In this document: piece by piece, positions 42,745 through 51,915 of the stretch
Layout of the letters: every line of letters begins with the position of its first letter
How positions within the stretch are numbered: the first letter of the stretch is position 1
Source: Candidatus Eiseniibacteriota bacterium
Lineage (GTDB): Bacteria; Eisenbacteria; RBG-16-71-46
DNA length: 64,000 nt
Reading direction: 5' to 3'
Assembly (NCBI GenBank): GCA_963717935.1
Contig: CAVQXP010000001.1
Coordinates: forward strand, 64,001 to 128,000
Translations under genes and position numbers: made by a program
Notes under the pieces: generated by a model
What the model saw: the letters and a program-made list of their open reading frames with translations, nothing else
Database searches by the model: none
What the model was told of the DNA's origin: nothing

Positions 42745-44427
42745 TCAGCGCGAGCCGGGACGCCCCGGGCGCCGCGCGGGACGCCCGCTTGCGCTCCCCC
42801 GCCCAAGACGCCGCGGCTTTTGACCCGGACCACGCGTCGTCGGACGGCCCGGACCACGCGTCGTAGGACGGCCTGGACCACGCCTCGCCGGACGGCCCGG
42901 ACCACGCGTCGCCGGACGGCCCGGACCACGCGGCGTCGGACGACCGGAATCGCGCGTCGTCGGACGACCTGGACCACGCGTCGTCGGACGACCCGGACCA
43001 CGCGTCGTCGGACGACCCGGACCACGCGTCGTCGGACGACCCGGACCACGCGTCGTCGGACGACCCGGACCACGCGTCGTAGGACGGCCTGGACCACGCG
43101 TCGCCGGACGACCTGGACCACGCGTCGCCGGACGGCCCGGACCACGCGTCGTCGGACGACCGGAATCGCGCGTCGCCGGACGGCCGGAATCGCGTGGCGT
43201 GAAGCGGGCCGCGCCACGCGGCGTGGGACGACCTGGCCCTCGCGAGGGCTGACCACCGGGCCCCCGCGACGCGGGTCGAGCACTTCCGGCAAGATCACGC
43301 CGGCCCGATGAACGTGAGACCGGGCGGGCCGGACCGCGTGGTTGAGCCCGGCCGGGACCGCGCGCAGCCGCGCGCCCGGAGCCCCGCGAGCCGAAGCGCT
43401 CGGGGCGAGGCTGCCGTTCCCGGCGAACCGGGCCGGGCCGCTCTTCGCGGCCCGCGGTCTGCCGCTCCCCGAGCGGACTCTTCGGTTCCGCGCGCATCGG
43501 GCGCTCGAGCCGCTCGCGCGACGGCACGCGACGCTCGCTGCGGCCCGGCTGCGGCGACGTCCTGCGGCCCGTCCGCTGCCCCTCCTCGCCCGGGCGCGGA
43601 ACCATGCCGCCCTCTGCCTCCATCTTCTCGAGCCGCCGCGCGAGCCGGTACGTGGCGTCGCTCCCGGAGCGCGGGCTGAGGTAGCCGGCCTGCCCGCGCT
43701 GCCGCGGGCGGGCGCAGGCCGCGCGCAGGCGGCGCACTTCCTCATCCGAGAGCTCGCGCCAGACGCCGCGCTGCACCGGGCCCAGCCGCAGCGGGCCGTA
43801 GGCCGAGCGGTGCAGCGCCCGCACCACGAGCCCGACCGCCTCGCACATCCGGCGGACCTGGCGGTAGCGGCCCTCGTGCAGCGCGACCTCGATCATCGCG
43901 TCGCCCGGCTCGTCGGCGAGCACGCGCACGCGCGCCGGGGCGCTGCGCACGCCGGGCTCGAACTCGACGCCTTCCTGCATGCGGCGGAGCGCCTCGGCCC
44001 CCGGCACGCGTTCGAGGCGCACGCGGTAGACCTTCATCACGCCATAGCGCGGGTGCATGAGTCTGTGCGCCAGCTCACCGTCATTCGTGAGGATGAGCAG
44101 CCCGCTGGTATCCGCGTCCAGACGCCCGACCGGGAACAGACGCGGCCCCGGCGGCAGGAATTCGCGGATCGTGCGCCGGCCCTCGGGATCGTCGAGCGTG
44201 GTGATCACGCCGACCGGCTTGTTGAGCACGTAGTGGCGCAGCGTGGCGGCACCCGCCAGCGGCTGGTTGCGGACCGTGATGCGATCGCGCTCCGGCTCGA
44301 TCTGCAGCCCGGGCTCGCGCACCACGCTGCCGTTCACGCGGACCGCACCCTCCTTGATGAGCTCGTCGCACTTGCGCCGGGCGCCCACGCCGCGCTGCGC
44401 GAGCAGCTTGTTGAGCCGGATGCTCAC
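42745..44427 (-). CDS. rluB: RluB-like pseudouridine synthase with long R/G/P-rich C-terminal tail
   Basis: S4 domain RLNKLLA..G..ARRK, NKP.G, VGRLD..TSGL, EGR.RQVRRM; follows scpAB. Confidence 0.88.
   Translation of the reverse strand: MSIRLNKLLAQRGVGARRKCDELIKEGAVRVNGSVVREPGLQIEPERDRITVRNQPLAGAATLRHYVLNKPVGVITTLDDPEGRRTIREFLPPGPRLFPVGRLDADTSGLLILTNDGELAHRLMHPRYGVMKVYRVRLERVPGAEALRRMQEGVEFEPGVRSAPARVRVLADEPGDAMIEVALHEGRYRQVRRMCEAVGLVVRALHRSAYGPLRLGPVQRGVWRELSDEEVRRLRAACARPRQRGQAGYLSPRSGSDATYRLARRLEKMEAEGGMVPRPGEEGQRTGRRTSPQPGRSERRVPSRERLERPMRAEPKSPLGERQTAGREERPGPVRRERQPRPERFGSRGSGRAAARGPGRAQPRGPARPVSRSSGRRDLAGSARPASRGPGGQPSRGPGRPTPRGAARFTPRDSGRPATRDSGRPTTRGPGRPATRGPGRPATRGPGRPTTRGPGRPTTRGPGRPTTRGPGRPTTRGPGRPTTRGPGRPTTRDSGRPTPRGPGRPATRGPGRPARRGPGRPTTRGPGRPTTRGPGQKPRRLGRGSASGRPARRPGRPGSR
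42824..43195. repeat. ~15 x 24-bp in-frame tandem repeat ([G/D][P/S]GRP[T/A]TR)
   Basis: ccggaccacgcgtcgtcggacgac units. Confidence 0.95.
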
Positions 44428-45236
44428 TCCCGGTCCGTGAAGAGGCCCGGGCTCACGCCGGGCTCCTCCTCCGCCTCCGCGTCGTCTTCCCCCGGCGCCG
44501 CGAGATCGCTCAGCGCCGGCTCGTCGGCCGCCGCGAAGTCGGTCGCGACCTGCGTGGCCGACTGCGCCACCTCCGCCGCCCCGACCGGCACGATCTCGTG
44601 GCGCGTGACCAGCTCGGGGTGCGCCGCCTCGCTCGCAGCCAGTTCCGAGGCCACCTGCGAGACCACCTCGAGCTCCATCATGTCGAGTTGCTCCGGTTCG
44701 CGTGCGGCGACCAGCGCCCGCAACTCCTCGGGCCGCGGTAGCTCGGAGAGGTCCTTGAGGCCGAAGTACTCCAGGAACTCCTGCGTCGTGCCGTAGAGCA
44801 AAGGCCGGCCGACCACCTTCGAGCGCCCGCGGATGGTGACCAGGTTGCGCTCGAGCAACGTGGAGAGCACGGCGCTCGAGTCCACCCCGCGGATGGCCTC
44901 GACCTCGGACTTCGTGACGGGCTGCTTGTAGGCGATGATCGCCATGGTCTCGAGCGCCGCGCGCGAGAGGCGCATCTTGCGCTTGCCGCGCAGCATCCGC
45001 CCCACCCACTCGGCGTGCTCGGGGGTCGTCACCAGCATCCAGCCACCGGCGATCTCCCGCAGCTCGACGCCCGCGCCGCGCGCGGCGTACTCCTCGCCGA
45101 CGCGGTGCAGCGCTTCGCTGACCTCTTCGGGAGCGGCTTCGAGCGCTTCGCAGAGCAGGGTGAGGGTCAGCGGCTGGTCCGACGAGAACAGCAGCGCCTC
45201 AATCGCGGGCTGGAGCTTCACGGGCGGCATGGGCAT
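44424..45236 (-). CDS. scpB: SMC-Scp complex subunit ScpB
   Basis: IEALLF, LSRAALETMAIIAYKQPVT, IRGV, GRPLLYGTT.EFL.YFGL motifs. Confidence 0.95.
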   Translation of the reverse strand: MPMPPVKLQPAIEALLFSSDQPLTLTLLCEALEAAPEEVSEALHRVGEEYAARGAGVELREIAGGWMLVTTPEHAEWVGRMLRGKRKMRLSRAALETMAIIAYKQPVTKSEVEAIRGVDSSAVLSTLLERNLVTIRGRSKVVGRPLLYGTTQEFLEYFGLKDLSELPRPEELRALVAAREPEQLDMMELEVVSQVASELAASEAAHPELVTRHEIVPVGAAEVAQSATQVATDFAAADEPALSDLAAPGEDDAEAEEEPGVSPGLFTDRE

Positions 45237-46122
45237 CACTTCCTTCCGGTGGCCGGTAGACGATCTGGATCTCGCCGAATCCCACGGTCTGAACGACCGA
45301 GATCCGGCCGAGTTTGATGAGCTCGAGCAGGGCCATGAAGATGACGATCATCTCGATCCGCACCCGGCAGTCCACGAGCAGCGACTCGAAGGTCAGCGTG
45401 CCGTGCTCGGCGGCCAGGCTCGCGATCAACTGCATCTTCTCCTCGACATCATAGACCTCGCCCTGGACCTCGTAGACCGCCGGCTCGGGCAACCGGGACA
45501 TGACCCGGTTGAGGGCGTCGATCAGATCGAAGAGCGTGGCCGGGGCGAGCGGCAGCGGCCCCATCTCGTCGTCGCCCGGGACCATGCCGCGCTCGTGCAG
45601 CAGCCGGCGCTCGGCCTCGCGCTCCTTGAGGGTCCCCGCCGCCTCCTTGAACTGACGATACTCGATCAGCCGCTGGACCAGTTCCTCGCGCGGGTCGCCC
45701 TCGTCCTCGTCCTCGTCCCCCACCCCGGGCAGCGGCAGCAGCATCTTGGCCTTGATGCGCATGAGCGTGGCGGCCATCACCAGGAAGTCCCCCGCCACCT
45801 CGAGGTCGAGGATGCGCATCAGTTCGAGGTAGCCCAGGTACTGCTGGGTGATGTGCGCGATCGGGATGTCGTAGATGTCGATCTCGTCGCGCTTGATGAG
45901 GTGGAGCAGCAGGTCGAGCGGCCCTTCGAAGCGGGCGAGCTTGATGCTGACCGTCTGCCGGCCGCGCGCAGCCGCAGGATCGGCGCCCGCCTGCGGGCCG
46001 TCGGGTCCCGGTCCGGGCACGACCTCCGGGGGCCGCAGCACCGGGGCCGCGGCCGTCACCGGGTCCGCCTCACCGGCCCGCGTTTCCGGCGCGTCCGGTC
46101 CCCTGCGCGCGCGACGGCTCAC
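45199..46122 (-). CDS. scpA: segregation/condensation protein ScpA (start uncertain)
   Basis: FEGPLDLLLHLI, FLVMAATL..IK...LLP, DPR.ELV.RL.EY, F.ALLEL motifs. Confidence 0.93.
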   Translation of the reverse strand: MSRRARRGPDAPETRAGEADPVTAAAPVLRPPEVVPGPGPDGPQAGADPAAARGRQTVSIKLARFEGPLDLLLHLIKRDEIDIYDIPIAHITQQYLGYLELMRILDLEVAGDFLVMAATLMRIKAKMLLPLPGVGDEDEDEGDPREELVQRLIEYRQFKEAAGTLKEREAERRLLHERGMVPGDDEMGPLPLAPATLFDLIDALNRVMSRLPEPAVYEVQGEVYDVEEKMQLIASLAAEHGTLTFESLLVDCRVRIEMIVIFMALLELIKLGRISVVQTVGFGEIQIVYRPPEGSDAHAAREAPARD

Positions 46123-47198
46123 CGGCCCTCCAGCCACGGGACCTTGAGCCGCATCGCCTCGCGCACCTCGGCGAGCGTGGCCGCGGCCACCTCCCGCGCC
46201 CGGCGGTTGCCCTCGGCGACGATGTCGCGCACCCGGTCGGGGTCGGCGGCGTAGCGCTCGCGGCGCTCGCGGATCGGGGCCAGGGCGTCGCCGAGGCGCT
46301 GCGCCAGGTCCTTCTTGTCCGGCACGCAGGGCAGCGTCCCCGCGCGGCAGCGCGTCCCGATGTCGGCCGCGCCCTCCGGGTTGAACTTGCGGTGGTACTC
46401 GTACACGACGCAACCCGGGTGCACCGGGCGGCCCTCGGCGTCGAGTTCCGCGAGGTCGGCCTCGGGGCGCCCCGGGTCCGTCGCCCGGATCTTCTTCGGG
46501 TCCGTGTAGGCCAGCCTGACCTTGCGCGTGATCTCCTCGGGCGTGTCGGTGAGCAGGATCGTGTTCCCGACCGACTTGGCCATGCGGTTGCCGTCGAGGC
46601 CGCGCAGGCGCGCGAAGGCGGTGAGCGCCGCCTCGGGCTCCACGAACACCGGCGGGCGGTCCTGGCAGTAGAGGAAGTTGAAGCGCCGCGCCAGCTCGCG
46701 CGTCAGCTCGACGTGCGGCACCTGGTCCTCTCCCACCGGGACGTGCGTGGGCTTGTACAGGAGGATGTCCGCCGCCTGCAGCACCGAGTAGCCGAGGTGC
46801 CCGTAGGAGATGGTCTGCTCGTCGAGGTGCAGGTCGCGGATCTGCTCCTTCAGGGTCGGGATGCGCTCGAGCCGGGCCTTGCTCACCAGCATCGAGAGCA
46901 GCAGGTGCAGCTCGGCGTGCTCCTTCACCTCCGACTGGATGAAGATGACGCTCTTCTCCGGGTCGAGCCCCGCCCCCAGCCAGTCGAGCACCATGTCGTA
47001 GATGTCGTCCTGCAGGCGCGAGGTGTCCTCGTAGCCGGTCGTGAGCATGTGCCAGTCGGCCACCATGTGGTAGTTGCGCCAGCCCTCGTCCTGCAGGCGC
47101 ACCCAGTTCTCGAGCGCCCCGACGTAGTTGCCCAGGTGCATGCGCCCGGTGGGACGCATGCCGGAGAGGATGCGGCCCGTCTTCGCCACGGGGCCCAT
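46119..47198 (-). CDS. trpS: tryptophan--tRNA ligase
   Basis: SGMRPTG.MHLGNY, LQAADIL, VPVGEDQ..H.E motifs; KMSKS appears as RMAKS. Confidence 0.96.
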   Translation of the reverse strand: MGPVAKTGRILSGMRPTGRMHLGNYVGALENWVRLQDEGWRNYHMVADWHMLTTGYEDTSRLQDDIYDMVLDWLGAGLDPEKSVIFIQSEVKEHAELHLLLSMLVSKARLERIPTLKEQIRDLHLDEQTISYGHLGYSVLQAADILLYKPTHVPVGEDQVPHVELTRELARRFNFLYCQDRPPVFVEPEAALTAFARLRGLDGNRMAKSVGNTILLTDTPEEITRKVRLAYTDPKKIRATDPGRPEADLAELDAEGRPVHPGCVVYEYHRKFNPEGAADIGTRCRAGTLPCVPDKKDLAQRLGDALAPIRERRERYAADPDRVRDIVAEGNRRAREVAAATLAEVREAMRLKVPWLEGR

Positions 47199-47872
47199 CA
47201 CACCACCCCCGCGGCCGGCAGCCCGAAGAGCCCGAGGCAGGCGCTCACCGCGAATCGCAGCGGCGCGTAGAACAGCAGGTTCGAGGTGTACCGTGACGAG
47301 AACAGGAACATGACGATCACGAGCCCCACGAAGCGGAAGCGGTTCAGCGCGAGGACGTGCCTGAGCCGGAGGAAGCGCATCAGCACCCACGAGCCGTCGA
47401 GCGGCGGGATCGGGATCAGGTTGAAGAGCCCGAGCGCGCAGTTCCACACCACACCCGCGAGCGCCATCTCACGCAGCGGGGCGAAGAACGCCGCCCACGA
47501 GCCAACCGCACCCGCATCGGGGGCGAGACGCGCGAGCGCCGCGAAGGCCAGCGCCATGAGCCCGTTCGAGGCCGGCCCCGCCAGCGCCACCTTGACCGCA
47601 TCGTTGCGCGGGTCGCGCAACCGGCCGTGGTCCACCGGCACCGGCTTGGCCCAGCCGAACAGGAACGGCGCACGGAACAGGAAGAGCAGCACCGGCAGGA
47701 CGATCGAGCCCATCAGATCCACGTGCGGCAGCGGGTTCAGCGTGAGCCGCCCATGCTCGCGCGCCGTCGCGTCGCCGCACCACAGGGCCACCAGCCCGTG
47801 GGCGGTCTCGTGCACGATGACGCTCAGCACGAAGACGGGCAGGATCAGGAAGATGGACGGGTCGAAGTGCAC
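47198..47872 (-). CDS. site-2 protease (M50) family protein
   Basis: HETAH, GRLTLNP, GWAKPVP, FNLIPIPPLDG motifs. Confidence 0.94.
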   Translation of the reverse strand: MHFDPSIFLILPVFVLSVIVHETAHGLVALWCGDATAREHGRLTLNPLPHVDLMGSIVLPVLLFLFRAPFLFGWAKPVPVDHGRLRDPRNDAVKVALAGPASNGLMALAFAALARLAPDAGAVGSWAAFFAPLREMALAGVVWNCALGLFNLIPIPPLDGSWVLMRFLRLRHVLALNRFRFVGLVIVMFLFSSRYTSNLLFYAPLRFAVSACLGLFGLPAAGVV

Positions 47873-48019
47873 GGGACGGGCTCCGGACCTGGGGATTCGA
47901 GAAGGCCGGGCCAGACTATCGGGATTGCCCCGTGGAATCAAGGCCGCCGAGGTTCAAGTAGTGCATGAAGTGCGGGGCCGGGGACCGCCATGGCCCTGCG
48001 CCCGGCCGCCCCTGCCGCC

Positions 48020-49804
48020 CTACTCGGACCTCACCTTGACCACGACCAGCGTCAGGTCGTCGTTCATGCCGTGCTCGCCCGCGTAGGCCGTGACCTCGTC
48101 CACCACGCCCTTGAGGATCTCGTGGGCCGAGCCATCCGCGACCCGCTTGAGGCACTGCTCCAGCCGGCGCGTGCCGTACTGCTCGCCCGTGGGCGACTCC
48201 GCCTCGGAGACCCCGTCCGTATAGAGCAGCAGCACGTCGCCCGGCTGCAGCGCCAGCGGGCGCTCCTCGTAGCGGGCGTCGGGCAGCACGCCCAGGGCCA
48301 CGCCCCCTTCGAGCAGGTACTGCACGCGGCCGTCCGCGCGCAGCAGCAGCGGCGGGTTGTGGCCCGCGTTGGAGAAGCTCAGCGAGCGGTTCTTCCAGTC
48401 CAGCACGCCGTAGAACAGCGTGACGAACCGGTCGCGTTCGGTGCTCTCGTAGAGCAGCGAGTTCACCTTGCGCATCACCGCCCGCATGGTGAACTCGTTG
48501 CGGATCTCGGCCAGCAGGCTCATGCGGAAGCCCGCCATGATCAGGGCCGCCGGGATGCCCTTGCCCGACACGTCGGCGATGGCGATGCCGAGCCGCGTGT
48601 CCGAGACGCGGATGAAGTCGAAGTAGTCGCCGCCCACCTCGTCGTGCGGCTGGGTGGCGCCCGCCAGGTCGAACCCCGGCACCTCCGGCGCGCGCTTGGG
48701 CAGGAACGAGGCCTGGATCTCGCGCGCGATCGCCAGCTCCTTCTCGAGCCGGCGGCGGTCGAGCAGTTCGCGCGTCAGGCGCGTGCGCTCGATGGACACC
48801 GCCGCCTGCGCGGCGAACACCGCGAGCATCTCGAGGTGCCCCCCGTGGTAGGCGTCCTCGCGGTCGGATTCGAGGTTGAACACGCCGATGGTGCGCCCCT
48901 CGAGCACCAGCGGCGCCGCCAACTCGGAGCGCGTCGAGGCGCGGGCGCTGACGTAGCGCCGGTCGCGGCGCACGTCGGGCACGATCACCGCCTCGCCGGT
49001 CTTCGCCACCCAGCCCACGATCCCCTCACCCACCGAGAGCCGGAAGGCCTCGTCCGAGCCCTCCGGGTAGCCCGCGTCGCGCACCAACTCGAGCCGCTGG
49101 CTCGAGCGGCTCACCAGGTAGATCGCCGCCGCGTCGTAGCGCACGACCTGGCGCAGCGAACGGAAGATGGCCTCGAGGACCTCGTCCAGGTCGAGCGGCG
49201 CCGAGAGCGTCCTGGAGATCTCGAGCAGGACCTCCTTCTCGAGCGAGCGCCGCTCCGTCTCCTCGTACAGCAGCGCGTTGTCGAGCGCGAAGGCCACGTG
49301 CTCGGCAGCCACGTCGAGGTGGTCGAAGTCCGCGTCGGTGAACGTGCCGTCCTGGCGGTCCAGGCACTCGATCGCGCCGAAGACCTCGCCGCGCCGGAAG
49401 AGCGGGATGACGAGCGCCGATTCGAAGGCCCCGACCACGCCCGCCAGGTCCGCGGGCGGCGGCTCCCCCGGCCCGAGCCGCAGCGAGCGCTCCTGGGCGA
49501 TCGCCCAGCCCGCCAGCCCCTCACCACGCGCCAGCCGCAGCTCCCCCGAGATCCCCCCGTGCTCCTCGTCGAAGACGCGGGCCACCAGCCGCTGGCCGGC
49601 GCGTCGCGCCACCCAGATCCGCACCAGCCGGCATTCCACCAGGCGGCGCACGTGGCGGCTCGCCGCGCGCAGCAGGTCGTTCAGGTTCGCATCGGACTGG
49701 AAGGAATCGCCGGCCGGCGTGCCGAGCACCGAGAGCGAGCGCAACGCCGCTTCGTGCTGGCTCTCGTCGGGCTCGACCGGGTCGCTGCGAGGGGCGTCGG
49801 ACAT
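48020..49804 (-). CDS. double-GAF SpoIIE/RsbU-type PP2C phosphatase
   Basis: two GAF domains; VGGDYFD, ADVSGKG, NAGH.P, YTDG..E, DDLT motifs. Confidence 0.92.
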   Translation of the reverse strand: MSDAPRSDPVEPDESQHEAALRSLSVLGTPAGDSFQSDANLNDLLRAASRHVRRLVECRLVRIWVARRAGQRLVARVFDEEHGGISGELRLARGEGLAGWAIAQERSLRLGPGEPPPADLAGVVGAFESALVIPLFRRGEVFGAIECLDRQDGTFTDADFDHLDVAAEHVAFALDNALLYEETERRSLEKEVLLEISRTLSAPLDLDEVLEAIFRSLRQVVRYDAAAIYLVSRSSQRLELVRDAGYPEGSDEAFRLSVGEGIVGWVAKTGEAVIVPDVRRDRRYVSARASTRSELAAPLVLEGRTIGVFNLESDREDAYHGGHLEMLAVFAAQAAVSIERTRLTRELLDRRRLEKELAIAREIQASFLPKRAPEVPGFDLAGATQPHDEVGGDYFDFIRVSDTRLGIAIADVSGKGIPAALIMAGFRMSLLAEIRNEFTMRAVMRKVNSLLYESTERDRFVTLFYGVLDWKNRSLSFSNAGHNPPLLLRADGRVQYLLEGGVALGVLPDARYEERPLALQPGDVLLLYTDGVSEAESPTGEQYGTRRLEQCLKRVADGSAHEILKGVVDEVTAYAGEHGMNDDLTLVVVKVRSE

Positions 49805-49813
49805 GGACGATGG

Positions 49814-49842
49814 ACGGTAGCACGCGCCTCCGTGGGTCACAA
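49814..49842 (-). promoter_or_regulatory. promoter of RsbU-like gene
   Basis: TTGTGA-N17-TACCGT, 9 nt before ATG. Confidence 0.5.
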
Positions 49843-49914
49843 CACCCGCCGGAGCGGCGGGCCGCGACGCCGGGACGCGCGCTGCGCCGGTCGCGCACGC
49901 CCACGGCGCTCCTC

Positions 49915-49944
49915 TTGAACCCGGCTCCGAGCCCGGGCTAGATT
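49915..49944 (+). promoter_or_regulatory. putative cstA promoter
   Basis: TTGAAC-N18-TAGATT. Confidence 0.45.
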
Positions 49945-50015
49945 CGCCGACGGCCCCCGCCGCTCGAGGGCTCGTCTCACCGCCGCCGGTCTCCCGACCT
50001 TTCGCAGGAGGTCTC

Positions 50016-51869
50016 GTGCCCGCGTTGTACCTCGTCGTCTGCGCCGCGCTCGTGCTGCTCCTCGGCTACCGCTTCTACGGCGCGTTCCTCGCCGCGCGGA
50101 TCGCCACGATCGACGACCTGCGCGCGACCCCCGCCCACACCCAGCGCGACGGACACGACTACGTGCCCATGCATCCGCTGGTGCTGTTCGGCCACCACTT
50201 CGCCGCCATCGCCGGCGCGGGCCCGCTCATCGGGCCGGTGCTCGCCGCGCAGTTCGGCTACCTGCCCGGCTTCCTCTGGCTGCTGCTCGGCTCCGTGCTG
50301 GCCGGCGGCGTGCACGACTTCGTCATCCTGGTCGCCTCGGTGCGCAGCGACGGCCGCTCGCTCGCCAACATCGCGCGCGAGCAGGTCAGCGCGGTCACGG
50401 CCACGGCCACCGCCTGCGCGATCATCTTCGTGATGACCATCGCGCTGGCCGCCATGGCGCTCGTGATCGTCAACTCCCTGAAGGAGAGCGCCTGGGGCGT
50501 GTTCTCGATCGCGTGCACCGTTCCGATCGCCATGGGCATGGGGATCTGGTCGTACAAGGTCCGCCCCGGCTCGATCCGTGGCTCCACCATCGTCGGCATC
50601 CTGCTGCTGCTCGTGGCGCTGGCGGGTGGCGCCTGGGTGCACGGCTCGCCCCTGGCGCGGCTCTTCATCCACGGCGACCGCGCCATCGGCGTGGCGCTCA
50701 TGGTCTACGGCTTCGTCGCGTCGGTGCTGCCCGTGTGGCTGCTGCTCGCCCCGCGCGACTATCTCTCGACCTTCATGAAGATCGGCGCCGTCGCGCTGCT
50801 CGCCGTCGGCGTCATCCTGGTCAACCCGCAACTGCGCATGCCGGCGCTCACCGAGTTCGCGCGCACCGGCGGGCCGGTCTTCCCCGGCCCCCTCTTCCCC
50901 TACGTCTTCATCACCATCGCCTGCGGCGCCATCTCGGGCTTCCACTCGCTCATCTCCTCGGGCACCACGCCGAAGATGATCGATCGCGAGCGCCACATGC
51001 TGCCCATCGGCTACGGCGCCATGCTGGTCGAGGGCTTCGTGGGCGTGATCGCCCTGATCGCGGCCTGCGCGCTCGTGCCCGCCGACTACTTCGCCATCAA
51101 CACGAGGCCCGAGGTGTTCGCGAAGCTCGGCATGGTGGTGCAGAACCTCGCCCAGCTCGAGGCCTCGGTCGGCGAGCACCTGGCCGGCCGGCCCGGCGGC
51201 GCGGTCTCGCTCGCCGTCGGCATGGCGCAGATCTTCTCGACCATCCCGTTCCTGCACGGCCTGATGGCGTTCTGGTACCACTTCGCCATCATGTTCGAGG
51301 CCCTGTTCGTGCTCACCATCATCGACGCCGGCACCCGCGTGATGCGCTACATGCTGCAAGACGTGGGCGGCCTGGTGGCGCCCCGGCTGCGGGGCTGGAA
51401 GGGCACGAGCGCCGCCGTCTTCTTCAGTCTGCTGGCCGTGGCGATGTGGGGCTACTTCGTCTGGACCGGCACGGTGAGCACGATCTGGCCCATGCTCGGG
51501 GTGACGAACCAGGTGCTCGCCGCCTTCGCGCTGGCGATCGGCACGTCGTGGCTCATCAACCGGGGCCGGGCGCGCTACATCTGGGTGACGCTGGTGCCGC
51601 TGGCGTTCATGTGCGTCAACAGCCTGGTGGCCGGCTGGCTCAACATCGGGGTCAACTACCTCCGGCCCCAGTTGCTCGCCGGCGCCCCCGGCTGGGCGGC
51701 CGCCTTCGCCGCCGCCCCGGTCACGGCCCGGGTGCAGTGCATCGTGACGCTGGCCGTCATGGCGCTGCTGGTCGTCGTGCTCGTGGACTCCGCCGTGCGC
51801 TGGACCCGGGCTCTGTCCCGCGGCGAGCGCGTCGACTCGCGCGCGGCCGTGGACCCGGCCGCGCGCTGA
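50016..51869 (+). CDS. cstA: carbon starvation protein A (CstA/BtsT-family transporter)
   Basis: DG.DYVP, FGHHF.AIAGAGPL.GP, LL.PRDY, ITIACGAISGFH, GY GAML motifs. Confidence 0.95.
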   Translation: MPALYLVVCAALVLLLGYRFYGAFLAARIATIDDLRATPAHTQRDGHDYVPMHPLVLFGHHFAAIAGAGPLIGPVLAAQFGYLPGFLWLLLGSVLAGGVHDFVILVASVRSDGRSLANIAREQVSAVTATATACAIIFVMTIALAAMALVIVNSLKESAWGVFSIACTVPIAMGMGIWSYKVRPGSIRGSTIVGILLLLVALAGGAWVHGSPLARLFIHGDRAIGVALMVYGFVASVLPVWLLLAPRDYLSTFMKIGAVALLAVGVILVNPQLRMPALTEFARTGGPVFPGPLFPYVFITIACGAISGFHSLISSGTTPKMIDRERHMLPIGYGAMLVEGFVGVIALIAACALVPADYFAINTRPEVFAKLGMVVQNLAQLEASVGEHLAGRPGGAVSLAVGMAQIFSTIPFLHGLMAFWYHFAIMFEALFVLTIIDAGTRVMRYMLQDVGGLVAPRLRGWKGTSAAVFFSLLAVAMWGYFVWTGTVSTIWPMLGVTNQVLAAFALAIGTSWLINRGRARYIWVTLVPLAFMCVNSLVAGWLNIGVNYLRPQLLAGAPGWAAAFAAAPVTARVQCIVTLAVMALLVVVLVDSAVRWTRALSRGERVDSRAAVDPAAR

Positions 51870-51915
51870 ACCCCGCGCGATCCTCAGCGGCGTCGAGAGA
51901 GAGCCCCGCCCGCGT

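Noticed and set aside
42824..43195. 24-bp array as a CRISPR
   Set aside because: Tandem units without unique spacers, in frame within rluB, no cas genes
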